Shown here piece by piece: positions 57,937-64,000 of a DNA stretch of 64,000 bases (positions within the stretch are counted from its first letter, which is position 1; every line of letters begins with the position of its first letter). Under the pieces are notes generated by a model, which worked only from the letters and a program-made list of their open reading frames with translations, was not told where the DNA came from and ran no database searches. Location of the stretch: IMG/VR virus record IMGVR_UViG_3300010885_046411, positions 1 to 64,000 of that record. One strand, written 5' to 3'. This DNA comes from a virus. A program made the position numbers and the translations under genes.

Positions 57937-59322
57937 ATGAACCAGATTGCTAACAACCCGCAAGGGAACGTAGGCGGTTTTGACCCAGCGTTAGTGAACG
58001 GTGACTATCTTTTGAAGTACGCCGACCTAAAAAAACAGGGTGTAGCCAACTACAACGACGTAGGTTTCTACGACGAAATTGAGCAGATATATGGCGGCTC
58101 ATACGAAGCCTCCCGCTCCGATGCCATCTTCCACTATGAGATGGGGTCTGTATCTACAGGCGCAACCGTATTGTCTGTATCAGGTACGGCTGCCGAAGTA
58201 ACCATCACCCTTGACCCTGCCTCGGTTATTGGCCGTGCGGGTGTTGTAGGCGCAACAGCATACTACAAATCTACTTTAGTAGTAGGCCAGCGTGTGCGTG
58301 TAGCCAACGGTGCTGTGCAAGCCATTGTTAAAACCTCTGACGCATCTTCTACGTCGGCTTCGGGCCACACTGTAGTGTTGCGGCGTGATGATAGCTCCAC
58401 CTTTGATATGACTACCATTGCCGTTGGCGATGCTATCATACCTCTGGATAACGTGCAGGCCAAAGGTGGCGGCATGGTTGATGGCACCACACAGTTGTAC
58501 AGCCTATTCCAAGCCCAACTGCAAATCTTCCGTAATGGTATCTCTGCCATGACGGGCACAGATGAGGCAGGTATTGTTTACAACGTATCTGATGGGCAAG
58601 GCAACTTTAGCCAGTACAACAAGGCTACGGCGATTGCGGCCATCCTTCACAAGTTGGACATCGCCTACGCTGCCATGTACTCAGAAGGTGGCAGCTACAC
58701 CTTGGCTGATGGCGTACACACTGCCTTCAAAGGTATGTACAAGTTGGCCCAAGACTTCGGCAACACACAAAACATCCCTAAAGGTGGGTTTGTGCTTGAG
58801 GACTTGTATGCCCTAACGCAGTACCAAGTTACCGAACAAGGCGGCGATACTTTACTGTTGCGTTCTACCCTAAACCTGTCAAATGACATTGACTTGTCTA
58901 TGGGAGACCGCTTCAAAAACGGTGCGGTTGTGTACAACCAAAAGCTCCTTGACTTTGGCTTCTCAGGCTTTGACTTGGGCGGTGTGCGTGTGATGAAAAA
59001 ATACGCCAGCGAATCTATGCACAAGTTCCGTGGTACGCTCGGCCTAGCCGATAAGTACAACTACTCTGGCATAGTATTCCCGATGTCAGAAGGTCATGGT
59101 GTAGGCACAGGCAAAGGTATTGTTACCACTGGCACGTTGCCTACTATGACATGGCGTTATCTGACTGGCTCTGCCCCTGGTAACCAAACTCGCCGCTACC
59201 GTATGGTCTATAAAAATATAGACAACAACGGTGGCCTTGATACCACGCAGATGAACATTCTCTCTGAGCAGGCTTTGCAGGTAACCTCGCCAAGCAAGTT
59301 GCAACTTATCCTAGGCTCTTAG
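57937..59322 (+). CDS. major capsid protein (crAss-like)
   Basis: 461 aa; DFGFSGF.LGG, ILSEQALQV; canonical position; strong terminator downstream. Confidence 0.85.
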   Translation: MNQIANNPQGNVGGFDPALVNGDYLLKYADLKKQGVANYNDVGFYDEIEQIYGGSYEASRSDAIFHYEMGSVSTGATVLSVSGTAAEVTITLDPASVIGRAGVVGATAYYKSTLVVGQRVRVANGAVQAIVKTSDASSTSASGHTVVLRRDDSSTFDMTTIAVGDAIIPLDNVQAKGGGMVDGTTQLYSLFQAQLQIFRNGISAMTGTDEAGIVYNVSDGQGNFSQYNKATAIAAILHKLDIAYAAMYSEGGSYTLADGVHTAFKGMYKLAQDFGNTQNIPKGGFVLEDLYALTQYQVTEQGGDTLLLRSTLNLSNDIDLSMGDRFKNGAVVYNQKLLDFGFSGFDLGGVRVMKKYASESMHKFRGTLGLADKYNYSGIVFPMSEGHGVGTGKGIVTTGTLPTMTWRYLTGSAPGNQTRRYRMVYKNIDNNGGLDTTQMNILSEQALQVTSPSKLQLILGS

Positions 59323-59357
59323 TCTGGATAGGTTCACTCAATAAGGGAAGCAATTTT

Positions 59358-59395
59358 GCCCTGCCTTGCCAACGCAAGGTGGGGCTTTTGCTTTT
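59358..59395 (+). terminator. intrinsic terminator after the capsid gene
   Basis: GCCCTGCCTTGC-caac-GCAAGGTGGGGC-TTTT. Confidence 0.8.
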
Positions 59396-60011
59396 AGAAT
59401 ATCTGTATTTGCGACTGGTGTTTAATAAGCCGTTTAACGGCTTTCTCTAAGTATTCCTCATCTTGCTCAATAACCGTTAGCTTAAATCCCATATCGTGGC
59501 AGGCTATTGCTATGCTAAGAGAGCCGCCGTGCGTGTCCAAAATAGTATCACCTTCTTTGGCGTAGTTTTTTAGAAGCCACTTGTATAGGGCAACGGGTTT
59601 TTGAGTAGGGTGAATTTTGCCCTGCTCCGTTAAGACTGAATACCTAAATATTTTAGCTGGCTTCTGGATAGAACACCACGCAAGTTCTGCCATCGCTAGG
59701 CTAAAATCTTCTGGCTGTTTCTTATCCCAAATGATATAGTTTTGAGTTGGCGGCAATGGGAAATAATTACCACCCCACACTATTTGGCTTAATGTTTTAG
59801 CAAAAAATGCGCCAAAATACTTTTCATCTGGTATCGCATTGTCCCAGCCCTTTTTTTTGTGCATCTGCCGCACTGAGTTATTAGCAATGCCAATGCCATA
59901 CGGCGGGTCGCAAATAGCAAGGTCATACTCTTTATCCTTTGCTTGGGCCAGCAAGTCCATACAATCACCGTGATAGACGGTTATCCCTTGGTGTTCATAG
60001 TATAATTTCAC
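59394..60011 (-). CDS. beta-class N6-adenine DNA methyltransferase (moron)
   Basis: DPPYG, WGGNYF, IHPTQKP, LDTHGGS. Confidence 0.92.
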   Translation of the reverse strand: MKLYYEHQGITVYHGDCMDLLAQAKDKEYDLAICDPPYGIGIANNSVRQMHKKKGWDNAIPDEKYFGAFFAKTLSQIVWGGNYFPLPPTQNYIIWDKKQPEDFSLAMAELAWCSIQKPAKIFRYSVLTEQGKIHPTQKPVALYKWLLKNYAKEGDTILDTHGGSLSIAIACHDMGFKLTVIEQDEEYLEKAVKRLIKHQSQIQIF

Positions 60012-60089
60012 GCAACAAATATAAACGGCCTGCCCAAAAAACGGCCTTAAAACTTATTTTATATTTGGGTACACAAAAAATCACAACGT

Positions 60090-61112
60090 ATGCGAAAGAG
60101 AATTGTGCCCGTAGGCGCAGGTGTTACAGAAACCTTTAACGAAATCCCTGCGGCCCTAGATAAACTGCTTGCCGAGGCCATGAACATATACAAGGTCAAA
60201 GGCCAATTTGCCAAGGTAGCTATCATACGCTCCCCACAAAAGACCATTGAGAATGTACGTGTAGGTGGCCCCGAATTGCTAGACGGTGGCGTACACCCTA
60301 TGAGCCTACCCGCTAACCCTACCCGCATCTGGGGCACTCGCCATGTCCACAACCGCTTTGATAGAGACTGGTATGACCCAGAAAAAGAAGAATACTACCC
60401 TCTCAAGATGGGCTTTTTTGTGGACAACCCCAAGGCAGACAAGAAATTTGCGCCTATTGAAATACGTGGCGGCGTGCGTAGGCTAGACACACGGGTATTG
60501 CCCGACCGTGAACTGCTAGAGTACCTACTTGTATGCCCCTATGTAGAGGGCAACATTATCTCCGACAGGGAGCCTATCGGCGGCTGGCAAGCATCTATTG
60601 ACAAGCCAGAGAAAAGCGCACGGGAGAAAACAGAAGACGGGCGCGTTATCACTCTTGCCAAGTCGGCGGTGTACTCATTCAGCAGCACTACCCCCGAAAA
60701 GAACCACATCCCCGCCTACAAAGAACTGCTATACAAAATTGGCTACCCAAGCATTGTAAAACAGAACTCCGCTATGGCTACCGAAGATGAGGCTGCCATC
60801 TATATGCAGAACATCTTGGAGATGTGCGACGATGCCAAATTAGCCGCACGTATTAAGGCTGTGATAGACGGCACCGACCAACGGGCCACGAAACGCATAG
60901 CCATTTTTGAGGCTATTGACGACAACCGCATCTATTGGGATGCCAATGAGTGCGCCGTTAAGTTAGACCGCAACAGCGAGGCATACAAACGCTTCTACCG
61001 CCCCATAGAAGAATCTATTGACTTGTTCGTAGATTGGGTAGAGACCGACCCTGTAGGTGAGCAGTTCTTCCGCGACCACATAAAGCCCAAGAAGGCAGCA
61101 GCGACTAAGTAA
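60090..61112 (+). CDS. capsid-module protein (crAss gp74-like position)
   Basis: 340 aa downstream of the capsid gene. Confidence 0.55.
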   Translation: MRKRIVPVGAGVTETFNEIPAALDKLLAEAMNIYKVKGQFAKVAIIRSPQKTIENVRVGGPELLDGGVHPMSLPANPTRIWGTRHVHNRFDRDWYDPEKEEYYPLKMGFFVDNPKADKKFAPIEIRGGVRRLDTRVLPDRELLEYLLVCPYVEGNIISDREPIGGWQASIDKPEKSAREKTEDGRVITLAKSAVYSFSSTTPEKNHIPAYKELLYKIGYPSIVKQNSAMATEDEAAIYMQNILEMCDDAKLAARIKAVIDGTDQRATKRIAIFEAIDDNRIYWDANECAVKLDRNSEAYKRFYRPIEESIDLFVDWVETDPVGEQFFRDHIKPKKAAATK

Positions 61113-61321
61113 TGGCTACCATACAAGACATGCGTGATTTACACGCCGAGCGTATAGCCCGATTCTTGCGTGATAATGCAGGGCTTATGAAGCGTGTGCC
61201 CGACTTCTTTAAGAAAGAGATGGAGGTTATGGATGCCTATGACAAGGACATCCAAGAGGGGCTTACCGATGCGGCGGCTGAAAAGCTAACGTGGCTACAA
61301 GAGAATATGCGGCCCGTATAA
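61112..61321 (+). CDS. hypothetical protein
   Basis: TAATG-coupled. Confidence 0.65.
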   Translation: MATIQDMRDLHAERIARFLRDNAGLMKRVPDFFKKEMEVMDAYDKDIQEGLTDAAAEKLTWLQENMRPV

Positions 61322-61388
61322 ACGGCAACCATATTCTCCATTTTAAATAGACCCCATTGTAATCACAGTGGGGTCTTACTTTTGTAGT

Positions 61389-62213
61389 GTGATACAAAAA
61401 CTACGACACGTATATCGGTTAGGAGATAAGACACTGCCGTCTTATTTATACGCCCTTCAAGCATGGTCAGTGCTGGAGGCCAGAGACCTATACCCCGACC
61501 TACCCTTTGAGTTTTGGGGGGATAAGAGTATGATAGATATGGTCGTAAAAACGAAGCTATCTTGCCTCTATACCTCTATACATCTATTGCCCGACAAAGA
61601 CCATATAGATACGGGCTTATTCTGGGCAATGGATAAGATGCGCCTATGTGGCCCCAATATCTTAATGATAGATACGGATGCCGTGCTTCATACGCAAATA
61701 GATGATACGCGCTTAGTGGTTGCTCACCTAGAGGATAACCCTTATATGCCGATAGAGCATTACACGCCCAATAATTACAAGTGGCCTGAATGGTATAACC
61801 ATAACTCCACACAAATGTTTAACACGTCTTTGCTTTACTTCCCGCACGGTAACATTTTTAAGGAATGGCTATCTAGTGCGTTAGCGTATGCTAGCTCGGT
61901 AACATTTGATATTGACAACGCATACCACTTCGTACCTATAAAATATGATTGGGAGTTGATTTGCTTGATTGAGCAGAAGTTTTTATATGACTTGGTATCT
62001 TCTACTGATTCGCTTGTGCAATATGCCAAGCATATTTCCATGCCAGAAGGGCAAAAGCCGTACTCGCATTTGGGCTTTAAGAAAACGCTATTAGCGCAAG
62101 AGGGCAAAGATGCCGAAGATAAGTATTGCCAAGAGAAGATACTAGCCAATGTCTTTAACCTTCGGCATCAATACTTTGGCAGGGTAATGGACATAGAGAA
62201 ACGGGCAAGGTAG
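61389..62213 (+). CDS. GT-A fold protein (DUF6734-like)
   Basis: FWAMDK, ILMIDTDAVL (DxD), FNTSLL, IEQ.FL; TACTTTTG-N4-GTG start. Confidence 0.6.
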   Translation: MIQKLRHVYRLGDKTLPSYLYALQAWSVLEARDLYPDLPFEFWGDKSMIDMVVKTKLSCLYTSIHLLPDKDHIDTGLFWAMDKMRLCGPNILMIDTDAVLHTQIDDTRLVVAHLEDNPYMPIEHYTPNNYKWPEWYNHNSTQMFNTSLLYFPHGNIFKEWLSSALAYASSVTFDIDNAYHFVPIKYDWELICLIEQKFLYDLVSSTDSLVQYAKHISMPEGQKPYSHLGFKKTLLAQEGKDAEDKYCQEKILANVFNLRHQYFGRVMDIEKRAR

Positions 62214-62279
62214 TACGCTGATATATAAGGGGCTTGGGGGATGTATTACTTTTGTGCATAACCAAACCCCGTATTTAAA

Positions 62280-63041
62280 GTGCCTATCCCAACTACAACC
62301 GACACGTTCTCCAATATCAAGTTTTACCGTGATAATACGACCAACCGTGCTATCGCTGTATCTGCTTCTGGTAGTGGCACCCCAATCAACGAGTTGGGGC
62401 AGCTTGCCACATTAGCGGGAACCCTAGCCTCTAGCGGCACGACCGTTACGGGCACATCCACCACATTCACCTCGCAGGTTGCCGTAGGGGATATCCTCTA
62501 TACGGGGGCTGGCCCCACTTTCCTTGGTATTGTTGCTGCGATAGCCAGCAATACATCTCTTACGCTAGAGGCTGCCCCTGCGGTAGCCGTTTCTGGTGCA
62601 ACAGGCTACGGCCAAACAGGCTTTAGGCTGGCGGTGAATGAGAAGGTGCTAGTGCGTATTCCTGCTGTAACCGTATCTGGCACGCAGGTGAGCGTAGCAA
62701 CACCATACCATGCTCGCACACCTATCAGTGGCAATTCGGGCAACCTAGCCAATCCTGCCTACTATGCCTGCTTCCAAGAATCAACCGTAGGTTCCCCCAA
62801 CTCACCCATCTCGCCTACGAGCATTAACCTTACCCTCAACAGGCTTAACAGCTATGCTAATGATGGCACTTACATCACGGCCCTGCCATCGTTTACGTGG
62901 CTAGCGTTATCGCCGCTTGGAGGTGTAGGATTTATCTCGGCCAAAACCATTTACGACTTCTTCACCAATGAGACGCTTCCAAACTATCAGATAACTGTTG
63001 GCGTAACCCCTTATTCTGACACGCTCTTAGGCTATTTGTAG
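62280..63041 (+). CDS. Ser/Thr-rich virion fibre/decoration protein
   Basis: GTTVTGTSTTFTSQVAVGD..I.SNTSLTL motif of tail-fibre domains. Confidence 0.65.
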   Translation: MPIPTTTDTFSNIKFYRDNTTNRAIAVSASGSGTPINELGQLATLAGTLASSGTTVTGTSTTFTSQVAVGDILYTGAGPTFLGIVAAIASNTSLTLEAAPAVAVSGATGYGQTGFRLAVNEKVLVRIPAVTVSGTQVSVATPYHARTPISGNSGNLANPAYYACFQESTVGSPNSPISPTSINLTLNRLNSYANDGTYITALPSFTWLALSPLGGVGFISAKTIYDFFTNETLPNYQITVGVTPYSDTLLGYL

Positions 63042-63044
63042 AAC

Positions 63045-63905
63045 ATGGCTAAAGTACGGGTTATATCCGCAGGGATAGCACGAGTACGTGTTATCCCTCT
63101 TGAACGCAATTTAAGGGTTATCTCGGCGGGGTATGCACAAGTGCGTGTAATACCCCTAGAGAGGAAGGTGCGTTTGATTTCTAGCGGATATGCCCAAGTG
63201 CGCCTTATCCCGTTAGAGCGTAAGGTACGGATTATAACGGCTGGCACCGCCAATGTGCGGGTGATTACCTATAGCCGCACCGAGCTAAACCTACGCCTAT
63301 CGGCTACGGCCATGATGTCCTCGGACTGCTCCACCATGACCCTAACGGATTCTACGGGGGTATATCCTACAGACCCAAGCGGCTACAACCCAGAGACCGC
63401 AGCCTATGACCCTCTACGCCCAAAGCGGTCTGAATTAAACTTGTATTGGGCCTATAGAAGTTACACGCTAGATGAGGTTACGGGGGCTGTAGATATAACT
63501 ACCTACAACCCAACCTCGCAAACGCCTACTTTAATACCTTGGCAGTTGTCGGCCTCGCTGCCAGCCCAAGGGGTCTATCAAGCCTACCTAATGGGCTTAC
63601 CCCTATCTGCCAACTATGCGTTTTATGTGGGCAATAGCATCCCAGAAACGGCGGCACAAGCCGATGGATGGTTTGTGGTGCCTGTGCCCGTGCTGGCGGG
63701 GTGTGCTGTTATTGCCTGCGTAAATGAGGCACTAGATAGCCAGTCTAACAACGTTCTTGCTGGCGGGTGCGATACGTGCTATGAACAGAAGGGGTTGCTT
63801 ATGCGTGGCCTTGCCTCTGCCCTAGCCGATAACGATATGACTGCTGCGGCAACCTTGTTTGACAGTTTACAAACACTCTGCGGGGAGGCGGATTGCGGAT
63901 GCTAA
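63045..63905 (+). CDS. putative virion protein with N-terminal 19-aa repeats
   Basis: Four repeats, then an LTDSTG.Y...P.GY domain and a Cys-rich C-terminus (CGEADCGC). Confidence 0.7.
   Translation: MAKVRVISAGIARVRVIPLERNLRVISAGYAQVRVIPLERKVRLISSGYAQVRLIPLERKVRIITAGTANVRVITYSRTELNLRLSATAMMSSDCSTMTLTDSTGVYPTDPSGYNPETAAYDPLRPKRSELNLYWAYRSYTLDEVTGAVDITTYNPTSQTPTLIPWQLSASLPAQGVYQAYLMGLPLSANYAFYVGNSIPETAAQADGWFVVPVPVLAGCAVIACVNEALDSQSNNVLAGGCDTCYEQKGLLMRGLASALADNDMTAAATLFDSLQTLCGEADCGC
63051..63278 (+). repeat. 4 x 57-bp coding tandem repeat
   Basis: KVRVISAGIARVRVIPLER / NLRVISAGYAQVRVIPLER / KVRLISSGYAQVRLIPLER / KVRIITAGTANVRVITYSR. Confidence 0.85.
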
Positions 63906-64000
63906 CAGATACCAAAGAAACACTGCTATTACGGGCGGAGACCGTGCTTAAACAATGGGCTTTAGCCATTGCAGAAAGCTATGCCCGTGATAACGCCAAT
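63899..64000 (+). CDS. partial hypothetical protein
   Basis: ATG 63899, open to the window end. Confidence 0.5.
   Translation, partial: MLTDTKETLLLRAETVLKQWALAIAESYARDNAN

Noticed and set aside
32183-59304. Many short antisense ORFs within long genes
   Set aside because: Shadow frames of the real plus-strand genes.
43201-63905. Diversity-generating retroelement or invertible tail-fibre cassette
   Set aside because: No reverse transcriptase, site-specific recombinase or template/variable repeat pair seen in the window.
1-64000. Genome-wide TAG-to-Gln recoding as in some Crassvirales
   Set aside because: Very long ORFs are open under code 11, and many genes end in TAG with the next start immediately after; only one internal TAG was found.

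Overview
The window is about 64 kb of a lytic, crAss-like (Crassvirales-related) podophage genome. Its host is almost certainly a Bacteroidota, judged from TAnnTTTG promoters throughout, no obvious Shine-Dalgarno motifs, and D-(S/T)-hydrophobic motifs in secreted proteins. From left to right it holds: recombination/replication genes (DUF559-like nuclease, ERF, YqaJ exonuclease, an RpoA-CTD protein, primase-helicase); a leftward array of about 25 small early genes; a ~1.7 kb non-coding divergence region; a rightward small-gene operon; terminase, tail-ring proteins, HNH and an MTase; cargo proteins including a 3889-aa polyvalent protein; muzzle, glycosyltransferases, Gp157 and a beta clamp; a GroES-like gene and lysis cassette; portal, scaffold, major capsid and further structural genes. 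Highlights: (1) a 316-bp miniature tnpB element that lost the nuclease but kept its promoter and an omega-RNA-like scaffold, inserted at an HNH start codon, with oddly permuted end motifs and a second copy of its 5' end reused as an operon promoter; (2) a duplicated T-loop three-way-junction RNA with compensatory changes in early-gene leaders; (3) a promoter-driven ~210-nt structured ncRNA candidate; (4) widespread predicted leaderless transcription; (5) an XRE gene interrupted by one in-frame TAG; (6) four dispersed glycosyltransferase-like genes. All family calls come from motif recognition by eye; no database searches were run.
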